28,704 nt of DNA from Oligoflexales bacterium (GCA_041736175.1 JBGSUI010000010.1:1-28704); one strand, 5' to 3'. Numbered from the stretch's first letter, positions 1 to 8,789 are shown. Made by a program: numbers and translations. Notes: generated from the sequence alone by a model not told the origin.

Positions 1-307
1 CATATTCAAAAAATCTGCGGCATAGTATTGTATCGAGATTTAGTGGTTGTCGGACGCCATTGTAGGGCTTTTATATATTAATTTATGCTAGAAAACTTTG
101 TTTTTTGATCCTTTTTGTTCAATTCTTTGCAAGATCTAAGACTTTGACAAGTGGTCCATGGGCTATACGCTCACCGATTCGACTGAAGAGGCCAAGGTGA
201 AGGAGGTTATTGATCGCAAAATCACCAATAAAGTCGGACGATTTTCACCAGAAGAATTGATTGGGCTTATGAATTTTATCGATTTTTACACGATGCAATC
301 AGGTTAA
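1..307 (+). pseudogene. Possible decayed BLUF-domain gene fragment
   Basis: Broken frames read ICGIVLYRD...GRH (1-81). After a frameshift near 143 they read R/FDKWSMGY...*, ending at TAA 305-307. This resembles the BLUF ITGxLLY, DxRH and RxFxxWSMGF motifs. Interrupted by stops. Confidence 0.3.
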
Positions 308-365
308 ATGTGAGTTAGGAACTGTCAAGGAATAACCAGGTTATTTTTACTGCTTGCAATTCTAT

Positions 366-1694
366 CTATGAGTCTGGTGATGGACCATCGAATTTGAACC
401 AGACATCTTGTATTGCCTTGATGGCGCCGCCGACCAAACCGCGCGCCTCAGGATCGACGGGCAAGGGAGTCTCAGATACCTTGATGAATTTGTACCCAAC
501 GTCGGTGCGCGGGTCGTGGCCCGGTACCGGTGGAAGTTGCGGCAGTCCCTCGTGCTGGACGAACAACTGAAAATCGTGACTGTAGATTCGGTAGCCGCCT
601 GCTCCGTCGCGGTGGACCGAGACGACAACTACATGACCTCGCCCCCCATCCGATTTATTGAATTTGACAGCGGCGATATAGGTGCCGATGCCGCCTCTTT
701 CTACGAGTAGTGTGGCGACACCGCTGGCTTTCGTGGAGCTCCAGTCTCTAACGTGCTCTTCGTTGATATACGGCCAACTGTAAGACGTGTCCTGTACACT
801 TAGAATCGAATTGATATTGTAGTTGAGTTCCTCGAATGCGAACCCTGGACCTTTCCCCAAATCGGCCCGTCGCCGTGCGTCCTTGTAGAGTGTTTGCGGA
901 TCGGCGCATACGCCAACGCCAACGGAGCGGATGGAGCAGTCTTGCTTGCGGTATTTGGGTTCGACATACTTCATGGACTCAAAGGCATGCTTGGCGACGT
1001 AGTCGAGGCTCATGAGCTGCATGGGAAAGCGCTCGCCGCCTCCGTATTTATGCTCGAGGGTGGTCTTCTCGTCAGTGGTAAGCACGTGGCAGGGCAGTAG
1101 TGACTTAGGATCAAGTGGAACCTCGGTGGCATTGATCTGGCCGTTCCACGGCTTGCCGGACTTGTCGTAGACGGCCACGGCTAAGGCCTCGACGAACAGG
1201 TATTCGAAGAAGGTCTTTGTACCGGCAAAGCCAGTGCCGACTTGATTGGTAAAGCCACCGATCATTTTCAGAACATCGATCAGGCCGCGGAGGTTACCCC
1301 CTCCGGTCAGCGCCTGGCACTCGCTCGGGAAGGTCGTATTGAGGCCTCCCGGCTCTTTGCAGGCCTGGGTGACGGCAAAGCGGCGGCGATTAAGGTCGTT
1401 AACCATGGTCCGCGTGTCGGCGTTCGTCTGTCCAGGTGCCCTTAGGCCCGCCTGGTTTAGCGCCCCGTTGAGCGCCTGCACCTTGCAAGCGCGCGCCCCG
1501 CTAAGCGGAGTGACGCTGCAGGTTCTGTACTGCTCGCGAATGGCGGTGCTCAAAGACGTCCCAACGGTCGTCAACCCGGAGGTATCGCTAGCCTGAGGCG
1601 TCTTTATGCAATGGACAACCGAGGTGTAAAACAGCAGGAAAATAAGGCATTGAGCAGGTTTTCTGTAGACTTTTAACATTTTAAACCTAAGCAT
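366..1694 (-). CDS. Secreted or lipoprotein-like protein with C-terminal papain-fold (Cys-His-Asp) peptidase/deamidase-like domain
   Basis: 442-aa ORF. Basic then hydrophobic N-terminus ending VVHC. Motifs QDCSIRS (C253), GGRGHVVVV (H354) and IYSHDFQ (D374-x-Q). Sigma54 box upstream. Confidence 0.65.
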   Translation of the reverse strand: MLRFKMLKVYRKPAQCLIFLLFYTSVVHCIKTPQASDTSGLTTVGTSLSTAIREQYRTCSVTPLSGARACKVQALNGALNQAGLRAPGQTNADTRTMVNDLNRRRFAVTQACKEPGGLNTTFPSECQALTGGGNLRGLIDVLKMIGGFTNQVGTGFAGTKTFFEYLFVEALAVAVYDKSGKPWNGQINATEVPLDPKSLLPCHVLTTDEKTTLEHKYGGGERFPMQLMSLDYVAKHAFESMKYVEPKYRKQDCSIRSVGVGVCADPQTLYKDARRRADLGKGPGFAFEELNYNINSILSVQDTSYSWPYINEEHVRDWSSTKASGVATLLVERGGIGTYIAAVKFNKSDGGRGHVVVVSVHRDGAGGYRIYSHDFQLFVQHEGLPQLPPVPGHDPRTDVGYKFIKVSETPLPVDPEARGLVGGAIKAIQDVWFKFDGPSPDS

Positions 1695-1781
1695 AAAATA
1701 GTTTATAAAAAATAACCCCAGTCCACAGGGGATATATTTTACATCATTAATCCCAATCGACTGTGCATCAATTTAGGATTA

Positions 1782-1797
1782 AGCAAGTTCTATGCCA
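1782..1797 (-). promoter_or_regulatory. Sigma54 -24/-12 promoter for the 366-1694 gene
   Basis: Minus strand reads TGGCAT-AGAAC-TTGCT, matching TGGCAC-N5-TTGC(A/T), about 90 nt upstream of the start. Confidence 0.7.
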
Positions 1798-1948
1798 ACA
1801 TCCCATAATAAGCTGTATGTGGACATCACTAGCATTAAAGACTACTTATCATGGGTAAACAACAAAACCACTCGACCAAGAAATTTTTTATCAGATAATT
1901 TTTGGGTAAGCTCATTAAATGCAGTAAATCATGAGGTCTAGATGCTGC

Positions 1949-2096
1949 ACCCTCCATCAATCGGTCGTTCCTAATCCGCCTACAAATTTGACATGACCCC
2001 ATTAAAGTCGATTTGTTGGACAGTAACAGGCAACTTTAATGGGGTAGCCTGCGGCATTAACGAGTGCAGCGACCGTGGCGGCGCTTTTTGGAGGGT
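1949..2096. other. Nested inverted-repeat element (structured RNA or MITE-like)
   Basis: Near-concentric arm pairs: 1949-1956/2089-2096, 1962-1967/2070-2075, 1972-1979/2051-2059 (one bulge) and a perfect 13-bp pair 1996-2008/2033-2045. Confidence 0.6.
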
Positions 2097-2131
2097 TCCC
2101 TTATGGTAATAATTCGGTACCTAAGTAAAAT

Positions 2132-3454
2132 TTACGAGAGATTGGAGCAAAGTTTTCTAACGAGACCTGCTGCATAGATCGGGACGGAGATGATATCCTC
2201 TTGGATTGTAAAATTTAGCTCTGAAAGCTTGAGTCCTTTTTTTAAGCCTTTTTCTTTTAAAAAAATATGCAGACTTTTCATTGTCCCCTTGGCGCCTGAC
2301 TTTACTTCAATAGGTATGACAGCGCTGTTTGCACTAATAACATAGTCGATTTCGGCGTTACTGCTACGGGCCTCTCGATGCCAGTAGTAAAGTTCTGGTC
2401 TCTGGTGGACATGATCGGAAGCAGTGAGTTCTGTACCAACAAAGATCTCAGCCAACGCACCTTTGTTGATTATGGCTTTAAAGTCAGCCAAAACGTATTC
2501 TGAAAGGTTAAGCCCTAAGACTCTTTGCAAGATACCTACATCAAACATAGCGACTTTAAATTGACCGGGATTGACTTGTGCTCCTAGAGGCAGACCTGAA
2601 GCCGAGGAGTGAAAGATTTGGTAGGCGAGACCCGCCTTAACCAGGAGGTCAAGGGCCGTTTTATAGGTGGACGATCGCTCGGAGGAAATATTCGAATATT
2701 TAAATTTTCCTCCTGCTTGGTAGGCGATAGCGCGAAAGACTTCGGTCAGGCGATCAACCGGCGCATTTTTTTTGTACTTAACAAAATCGTCAAAATAGGT
2801 CAGCAGCAGTCCATCGAGGATTTTTTGGCAGGTCAAAAGGTCATGCCCGTCCGCATAGGCTTTAACGACCTCGGGTAGGCCTCCGATCAATAAATAGACT
2901 TTAAGCTGCTCAAGGATTTTCTGATGGATCACTTCATGGAGGCCCTTAGAAAAGTTAGCCTCCTGAAGGGCGCTGACCCATCGCGAATGATCCAGGGCTT
3001 CGAGATATTCAAGAAAGGTCAGGGGATACATAAACAGCGAATCAAGTCTACCTACCCCTAGGGAGGGAATTTCTGCCAGCGCAAACTCCAAGAGAGAGCC
3101 AGCGGCAATCAAGTGCAAGTCGGGCATTTTTTCGTAAAAAAACCTCAAGGAATGGATCGCTTCTGGACAGGCTTGGATTTCATCAAAAAAAAGCAACGTG
3201 GAACCTGGGATAATCCGGACACCGAAATAAAGGGAGAGTTGCTCAACTATTTTTTGCGGGGTGAGTGCATCCTCAAAAAAAGCTTTAATACGTGGATGTT
3301 CTTCAAAATTAACTTCTACAAAGTGATCAAACCCTTTGCCAAACTCTCGAATGGAATAAGTTTTACCTACTTGGCGCGCTCCCCGCACCAAAAGGGACTT
3401 ACGTCTGGGACCGTCGCGCCAGGCTAAAAGGTGGCGATGAATGTCTCTTTGCAT
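2132..3454 (-). CDS. AAA_14 ATPase with C-terminal DUF4143 (PD-(D/E)xK-like) domain
   Basis: Walker A GARQVGKT, Walker B FFDEIQ, GGLPEVV, and C-terminal YYW...AEIDYV...IPIEVKSG. Confidence 0.92.
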   Translation of the reverse strand: MQRDIHRHLLAWRDGPRRKSLLVRGARQVGKTYSIREFGKGFDHFVEVNFEEHPRIKAFFEDALTPQKIVEQLSLYFGVRIIPGSTLLFFDEIQACPEAIHSLRFFYEKMPDLHLIAAGSLLEFALAEIPSLGVGRLDSLFMYPLTFLEYLEALDHSRWVSALQEANFSKGLHEVIHQKILEQLKVYLLIGGLPEVVKAYADGHDLLTCQKILDGLLLTYFDDFVKYKKNAPVDRLTEVFRAIAYQAGGKFKYSNISSERSSTYKTALDLLVKAGLAYQIFHSSASGLPLGAQVNPGQFKVAMFDVGILQRVLGLNLSEYVLADFKAIINKGALAEIFVGTELTASDHVHQRPELYYWHREARSSNAEIDYVISANSAVIPIEVKSGAKGTMKSLHIFLKEKGLKKGLKLSELNFTIQEDIISVPIYAAGLVRKLCSNLS

Positions 3455-3569
3455 GGGGGATTTCTATCCTATGGAGAGTAGAGGGCTATCTTAAGCGGCT
3501 CAATCGTAGCATAATCAAGGTAAATCTTACACCACTTTGTGCATAAATCAGGGGTGTTCAGTCATCGCC

Positions 3570-3731
3570 CCAAACCGAATGTTGCTTTTGGATCACGGTA
3601 TTTTTACAGTCCAACGTGGAGGGGTTCATCTCTGTGACTGTGTGCGGGTTACCCCGGCACTTTTCACCACTATTGCAGACGTGGAAAGATTGGTGGCTGC
3701 TTTAGAGGATGCCGCTCAACGATTCTCTTAG
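3570..3731 (+). pseudogene. C-terminal remnant of a class V PLP aminotransferase (PvdN/isopenicillin N epimerase-like)
   Basis: LLDHGIFTVQRGG...CVRVTPALFTTIADVERLVAAL is the typical class V C-terminus. The rest of the ~400-aa enzyme is absent. Confidence 0.7.
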
Positions 3732-3750
3732 GTACGAGAGGGGATGCTGG

Positions 3751-3769
3751 AGGTGACGGGGGGTCACCT
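3751..3769. terminator. Hairpin between convergent genes
   Basis: AGGTGAC-GGGGG-GTCACCT, a 7-bp stem between the stops at 3731 and 3785. No clear U-tract. Confidence 0.35.
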
Positions 3770-3784
3770 GCCGTGTGGCCATGT

Positions 3785-4294
3785 TTATTCCGAATTTATC
3801 TTAGGGGGCCTGGTTCGGCGGTCGTCCTCGTCTACGGCAGCGGCAATAGCCGAATCGACGTCGATAGCCGGCACAGAGGAAGCGATAAAACGCTTATAGA
3901 ATTCCCTCGGCGACAGTACTAATAACCCACGCCCTCCTTCGACCGCCGCCACTTCGCGAAAACCTTTGTCGCCCGTGAGGAGCACGTCCGAGCGGCTGGC
4001 TTTTGCCGAGTAGAAAATCGGCTTGTCTTTATCATTGAGCGGGATAGGGCCGCCTTGCACCACCGTTTGAAAAACGTTTAGCGTTGCGGCGAGTGCAATA
4101 AATTCCGCCAGGGCTTCTGGCTGTTTTGCAGCCAGATTGCGGCGTGCTTCTTCGACCGCCATGTCGCAGGTCAAAATATCAAAGACGTCACTGCGCCGTA
4201 GAAGGCGGCACGGCAGGCCATATGAGTTCCACATGGCGGCAAAAAGCACGTTGGCATCAAGAAAGATTCGAAGCCTCCGCGGAGCTTTCGTCAT
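3785..4294 (-). CDS. PIN-domain (VapC-like) toxin
   Basis: IFLDANVLF, E in AVEEARRNL, DKDKPI and LLTGDKGF. Start overlaps the antitoxin stop (ATGA). Confidence 0.9.
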   Translation of the reverse strand: MTKAPRRLRIFLDANVLFAAMWNSYGLPCRLLRRSDVFDILTCDMAVEEARRNLAAKQPEALAEFIALAATLNVFQTVVQGGPIPLNDKDKPIFYSAKASRSDVLLTGDKGFREVAAVEGGRGLLVLSPREFYKRFIASSVPAIDVDSAIAAAVDEDDRRTRPPKINSE

Positions 4295-4566
4295 GAGGGC
4301 TTTGCCAGCTTGGCTTTAAGCCGGTCAACCCCGGCGTCAAAGGCCGCCGCTTCGTCAGCGGTTAAATCGTTCTCCTCGTCCCACTCGGCGATTTCGGTAT
4401 CGGTGTACATCTTGACGGGCAGCACACTGACGGGGCTGAGAATGATTTGCCCGTCTTTTTCCACGACGGCGAGCATGTCGCCTTTGGAGAGACCCAGTTT
4501 TTTTCTGACCCCTTCGGGCAGGGTGAGTTGGCCTTTGCTGCTGAGGGAAATGACGGTCATAAACAT
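4291..4566 (-). CDS. AbrB/MazE/SpoVT-family antitoxin
   Basis: SSKGQLTLPEGVRKKLGLSKGDML swapped-hairpin motif, acidic C-terminal tail, RBS GAAGGAGA. Confidence 0.92.
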   Translation of the reverse strand: MFMTVISLSSKGQLTLPEGVRKKLGLSKGDMLAVVEKDGQIILSPVSVLPVKMYTDTEIAEWDEENDLTADEAAAFDAGVDRLKAKLAKPS

Positions 4567-4599
4567 TTTCTCCTTCTTGCTTCCAAGCTTACTTCCTTA

Positions 4600-4627
4600 C
4601 TATCGGCTAGTCTAGCAAGAAACTTTA
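4600..4627 (-). promoter_or_regulatory. Sigma28 (FliA)-like promoter of the TA operon
   Basis: Minus strand reads TAAAGTTT-N12-GCCGATAG, versus the enteric consensus TAAAGTTT-N11-GCCGATAA. Confidence 0.65.
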
Positions 4628-4849
4628 GCGCCCGCGTGTCCCTTCTTCGTCTTTCTGTACTTTCTGTAGCCAGATCCGCATCCTCTGGCCCTAGGCCTCA
4701 CATAACCCGTTTTATGCTGAGTCCTAAATCCCGCCGCGGATCCCCGCGGTGAGGTGCCGCCCCCCCCCCCGCCTAAGGAAAACGTCGATAGCTCACCACC
4801 TGTAAAATCTTTTCAACTCCAGAAAAGTCTTAGAAACCTAAAAAAATGG

Positions 4850-5965
4850 TTATAAAATCTCAGGATTGGCTTGGAGTAGTTTTATAAATTCCTTTTTGTT
4901 TCTTGGCGTGCATCCACGACCAGACTTAGGATCGATCGTCTTGCTGCTAAATTGCTCTAGGGCTCGGGAGATAAACTGGGAAGTCTTGGGGTGAGTCACA
5001 TCCACATGATAGCCCACATCTACAGTTTGGACTTTACACTCTGTTGTGGGATTTGCGCCGCCTTGGGCTAGAGGGGAGCACACCATGCGGGGGGCGTTGT
5101 AGAGTAGGGCGCTTGCAATGCCTAGGACCTTGCCACCGGCAAGCATCGGCCCTCCCGAGTCACCATCGCGGATCATTTGTTTCGAACCACTCGGATCGTC
5201 GTGAACCACATAGGTCTGGAGGACGCCTACTTCCTCCTTTTCAGGTTTAGCGATGACATTGGTCCCCTGGCGGAGGATATGGGAATCTTTAAAGGGTTTT
5301 TGGTCCCATCCATATCCCAGTAGGGTGACTGACTCACCGTGACGGACTTTGTATTCTGCAAGATTCGCCATATCCAAGGTAGCTGGAACGGCTGAAGCTG
5401 GCTCAGGCCAAAAGACTACGGCGATATCAAACCGACTGGCCGCTTCTCCCGCTTCTAATCCAAATCCTTTTGGGATGACGTAACAGGAGGTGCGCTCCAC
5501 GATGCCACCTCCTGGTGACCACTCCAAACCCTGGACTCCAGGGTTTTCCTCGGCCTCTTTGAGGTCGTCGGCAAAGGGGTTGGTGCGTTTGCGTCGGGAA
5601 TCCATCAATTCGTCGTTACCAGGGTCAAATCCCTCACCAAGCCCCTGGCTGGCAGTGGGGCTAGGAGGGAGAACTTGGGAGCTTTTGGAAGCCCCTTTTT
5701 CAGAGCCCTGTTGGTGCCATACACAGTGGGCGGCGGTCAGCATCACCTGGGGAGCCACAAAAACCCCTGTACAACTTTCCTGAAAAGCTGTCGAGTTGGT
5801 TGATTTTATTTCGACCACTGCTGCAAAACGGCCATCTTCGACCACCTGGCCGCCTGCGATCTGGACAAGGGATTCCTGCTGCTTTTGTCTGGAGTCTGGG
5901 GGTGAGCAGGAAGTTAAGATGGTGGCTAAAACAAAGTATAGAGGATGAGAGGGATAGGGGGTCAT
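4850..5965 (-). CDS. S1 (trypsin/chymotrypsin-like) serine protease, probable lipoprotein
   Basis: Lipobox-like ILTSC, IAGG mature N-terminus, and triad motifs TAAHC, FDIAVV, GDSGGP. Confidence 0.9.
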   Translation of the reverse strand: MTPYPSHPLYFVLATILTSCSPPDSRQKQQESLVQIAGGQVVEDGRFAAVVEIKSTNSTAFQESCTGVFVAPQVMLTAAHCVWHQQGSEKGASKSSQVLPPSPTASQGLGEGFDPGNDELMDSRRKRTNPFADDLKEAEENPGVQGLEWSPGGGIVERTSCYVIPKGFGLEAGEAASRFDIAVVFWPEPASAVPATLDMANLAEYKVRHGESVTLLGYGWDQKPFKDSHILRQGTNVIAKPEKEEVGVLQTYVVHDDPSGSKQMIRDGDSGGPMLAGGKVLGIASALLYNAPRMVCSPLAQGGANPTTECKVQTVDVGYHVDVTHPKTSQFISRALEQFSSKTIDPKSGRGCTPRNKKEFIKLLQANPEIL

Positions 5966-6068
5966 CTTGGGGCGGGGTCCTTAAACTTTGGATTGTTTGG
6001 GCACGGAGGTCCATAGTTCCAGAACGAAAGATAGCATTTCCCTCCTCTTAAATCAAACCAATTTATAT

Positions 6069-6452
6069 TTACAATTTTTGTTCGCACAACAGAAAATAGG
6101 TCTTGCCTTGATACTTGGACGTCGATCCTTGTGGGAAGGAAAGCTTGGCGTATAGAAGGCCGCCCGATGTGGGTACCAACGACTGCACGCGAAAATCAAC
6201 AACTCCAGAGACATATCCATGGGTCAAAGGCCCTTGGGACGAGAATTCAAGGTCGAGGCTATCGGCATAAGATTCACCTAGCACTTCAAGAGTGCCCCTG
6301 GGGTTGGTTTCAAGATGATAGGTTAGTGTGGCTACGGGTTGGCTCCGGCGCCAGTGGCTGCCGCTTTTTTTACAGGTGAGAGTGGTTGCAAAGGAAGCGG
6401 ATTGGGTAAAAAGGAGGGCCACACTGGAGATGATCAGATTTTTTGTCATCAT
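6069..6452 (-). CDS. Small secreted hypothetical protein
   Basis: 127 aa. Sec signal ending SASFA. Two Cys, one near each end of the mature chain (possible disulfide). Confidence 0.7.
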   Translation of the reverse strand: MMTKNLIISSVALLFTQSASFATTLTCKKSGSHWRRSQPVATLTYHLETNPRGTLEVLGESYADSLDLEFSSQGPLTHGYVSGVVDFRVQSLVPTSGGLLYAKLSFPQGSTSKYQGKTYFLLCEQKL

Positions 6453-6601
6453 GGGTTTGAGTCCTTGTCTAGGTCGATTGGTCGACGGATTTGGAAAATT
6501 GCCGGAGAGTCGTCGTCATTTACACTCGGCGGCAGAATACCAATGGGCCCCTAGACGCACAAGATTATTTTTTGTAGGTTTCGCGCTATAAAAGCTCAAA
6601 A

Positions 6602-8059
6602 CTAAACAGCCTCCCAGGGCAGTTCAACTTCCGACTTCTCACACCCTATGTGGGCTGTAATTCCCAGTTCTTGTTTAAGTCGTAGTTGCAAGGCCTGTTG
6701 GGCTGCGGGTTCGCCGTGGGAGAGGAGGAGCATCTCGGGTGGCTTGCTGAGGTGTTTTATAAAATTTACAAGATCCTGTTGGTCTGCATGGGATGAAAAG
6801 GTGTCGATTTTTTCGATCCGGGCCCCAAGGATGACTTCCTGATGGTGAATCCTGAGGGACCCCGAATTGAGACCTTGGGACCGGTCGAGCAGCCAGCGAC
6901 CTTTGGTGCCTGGTGCTTGAAAACCGGTAAATATAAGAGTGTTTCGAGCATCTGGCAATCGATGCTTGAGGTGGTGGAGGATGCGACCTCCGTGGAGCAT
7001 GCCCGACGCTGAGATGACCACAAAAGGTCCATCCCGCATACAGGCCAGCATGGAATCATTGGCCGTGGCACTGGTCTCGAACAGCGCCGGTAAAAACCGC
7101 GTACACCTATCGACTTCGTCCCCCTGTGGGCCGCAGTCCGTAAAGATAGGCGAGGCATGATCCTCGGGGTGTTTTAGAAAAATGGCTGTGGACTTTTGAG
7201 CCATAGGACTGTCCAGGATCACGGGAACCAGTGGAATGCGTTTTTGGTCTTCGAGGGACCGAATCTGAAAGAGCAGCTCTTGGGCCCTGCCGACGGCAAA
7301 GGCGGGGATGATCACGACGCCTTTTTGGGCAAAAGTCTGATTCAAAAGCAGTGCTAGCTGATCCTGGGGATCATCCCTGGGCAAGACCCGCTGGCCATAG
7401 GTGGACTCAAGGACCAGTGCGTGGGTTTCCGTGAGCCATTCGGGTTGTTTGATGGTGAGAGATCTTGCATTGCCTAGGTCTCCTGAAAACGTCAGGAGTT
7501 TAGGTCCCTGGTGGGTGTTGATGGACCATTGGACCATGCTGGCACCGATGATATGTCCCGCTCTGATAAAACGAAAGGAGGCCTCCTTGGAAACCTGGAT
7601 CCATTCGCCTTGGGGTCCACGGGCGTGGGGTTTAAGGAGCTTAAGGGCTGCTTCGGCATCCTCCATAGTAAACAAGGGGAGCGCCGGGCGGTGATTGGAA
7701 TATCCCGACTGATTGGCATAGGTGGCAAACTCCTCTTCTAGGAAAGCCGCATCCAGAAGCAAGATCCTGAGGAGATCTGCAGTGCCTTCGCTACAATGAA
7801 TCGGCCCGCGATACCCGCTTTTGACCAGCCGTGGCAGCAGGCCCGAATGATCTAAATGGGCATGGGTGAGGACCACGCCCTCTATCTTAGATAGGTCGAG
7901 ATCAAAGGCTCGCCAGTTGCGCATCCTTTCATCTTTTGTCCCCTGAAAAAGTCCACAGTCAACGAGCCAGTGTTTTCCGGCGATCGACAGGAGGGTGCGG
8001 CTCCCTGTGACTGTGTCACTGGCTCCATAGAGCTTGATCTTAACCCCTTTAAAACTCAT
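6602..8059 (-). CDS. MBL-fold beta-CASP ribonuclease (Ysh1/TTHA0252-like)
   Basis: VTGS, VDCGLFQG, THAHLDHSG, AGHIIG, FSGDLG, ESTYG, SASGMLHGGRILHHL and FSSHADQ. Confidence 0.95.
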   Translation of the reverse strand: MSFKGVKIKLYGASDTVTGSRTLLSIAGKHWLVDCGLFQGTKDERMRNWRAFDLDLSKIEGVVLTHAHLDHSGLLPRLVKSGYRGPIHCSEGTADLLRILLLDAAFLEEEFATYANQSGYSNHRPALPLFTMEDAEAALKLLKPHARGPQGEWIQVSKEASFRFIRAGHIIGASMVQWSINTHQGPKLLTFSGDLGNARSLTIKQPEWLTETHALVLESTYGQRVLPRDDPQDQLALLLNQTFAQKGVVIIPAFAVGRAQELLFQIRSLEDQKRIPLVPVILDSPMAQKSTAIFLKHPEDHASPIFTDCGPQGDEVDRCTRFLPALFETSATANDSMLACMRDGPFVVISASGMLHGGRILHHLKHRLPDARNTLIFTGFQAPGTKGRWLLDRSQGLNSGSLRIHHQEVILGARIEKIDTFSSHADQQDLVNFIKHLSKPPEMLLLSHGEPAAQQALQLRLKQELGITAHIGCEKSEVELPWEAV

Positions 8060-8162
8060 GAGCCCCCCAACTGTTTGGCGAACCCTGGGTCAGAGTTCTA
8101 GGTTTCCTCTCCTTCGTTTGGAACCAGAATAACAGGTCGCCTGAGAGAAAGCATTGTGCGAT
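8058..8162. repeat. Direct repeat copy A (usp 3' end plus intergenic region up to the ribonuclease start)
   Basis: Matches 8988-9088 with 4 substitutions and one 4-nt indel. Confidence 0.95.
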
Positions 8163-8211
8163 TGGCTCCCGCCCTTATGAATATGTTTCTGCTATATAAG
8201 CCTTTAGGTCT

Positions 8212-8667
8212 TTAAGCTCTTCTTAGGAGAAGATTAGCTGCCTCTATATCGTATTCAGGATCCAAGACGACTTTCATCATTTCCGGATATTTCGCACACA
8301 TTTTGAGGATGTTCCAAATAGCAAAAGATGGCGTTTTTTTCTGCCTTTTGAGATTGCTCAAATAGGGAGCTGATACTCCTATTCGCTTCGCTATTTCTTC
8401 ATAGGAGAGAGCAGACCGAGATTTAATGATGTCCAAAAACTGGCTTGTCTGGTTGCGTAAAGACTTCTCGATTGCCGCATCCGCTTTTTCACCTGACCCA
8501 GCCGCCGAAGCTTCCGCTTGGCAATGATTACATAGCCAAACATTAAAATCTTCTGTTATAAAGACACTTGGAAAATCCTTCCAAGGACGATGCCAGAGGC
8601 CATGAACATTGGTGAGGGTAAACCCTTTATGATTGCATTCGGCGCATCGTCTTTTTGAAAAATCCAT
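8212..8667 (-). CDS. Zn-finger plus XRE-HTH protein, MqsA/YgiT-type antitoxin-like
   Basis: CAEC...CNHC followed by the HTH LSYEEIAKRIGVSAPYLSNLKRQKKTPS. ATG 8667 has a GAGGA RBS. Alternative start at 8679. Confidence 0.75.
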   Translation of the reverse strand: MDFSKRRCAECNHKGFTLTNVHGLWHRPWKDFPSVFITEDFNVWLCNHCQAEASAAGSGEKADAAIEKSLRNQTSQFLDIIKSRSALSYEEIAKRIGVSAPYLSNLKRQKKTPSFAIWNILKMCAKYPEMMKVVLDPEYDIEAANLLLRRA

Positions 8668-8761
8668 AACTATCCTCATCTTTTTTTAGGTCGATCATGT
8701 ACACCAAGAGTAACATTAAGTTGTCTGCCAACTCTCGTCAGAGTCGGATCATACTGGTCCC

Positions 8762-8789
8762 CTATCGGAAAAATTAAGAAAAAACTTAA
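8762..8789 (-). promoter_or_regulatory. Sigma28-like promoter
   Basis: Minus strand reads TTAAGTTT-N12-TCCGATAG, the same spacing as the site at 4600-4627. Confidence 0.5.

Noticed and set aside
1949..2096. Reading the long hairpin as an integron attC site or retron msr-msd
   Set aside because: No RYYYAAC/GTTRRRY boxes at the ends, and no integrase or reverse transcriptase in the window.
4734..4770. CCGCGG-ATCC-CCGCGG hairpin and C11 tract
   Set aside because: Short, intergenic and well upstream of the predicted TA promoter. No support for phase variation, and homopolymer length may be a sequencing artefact.
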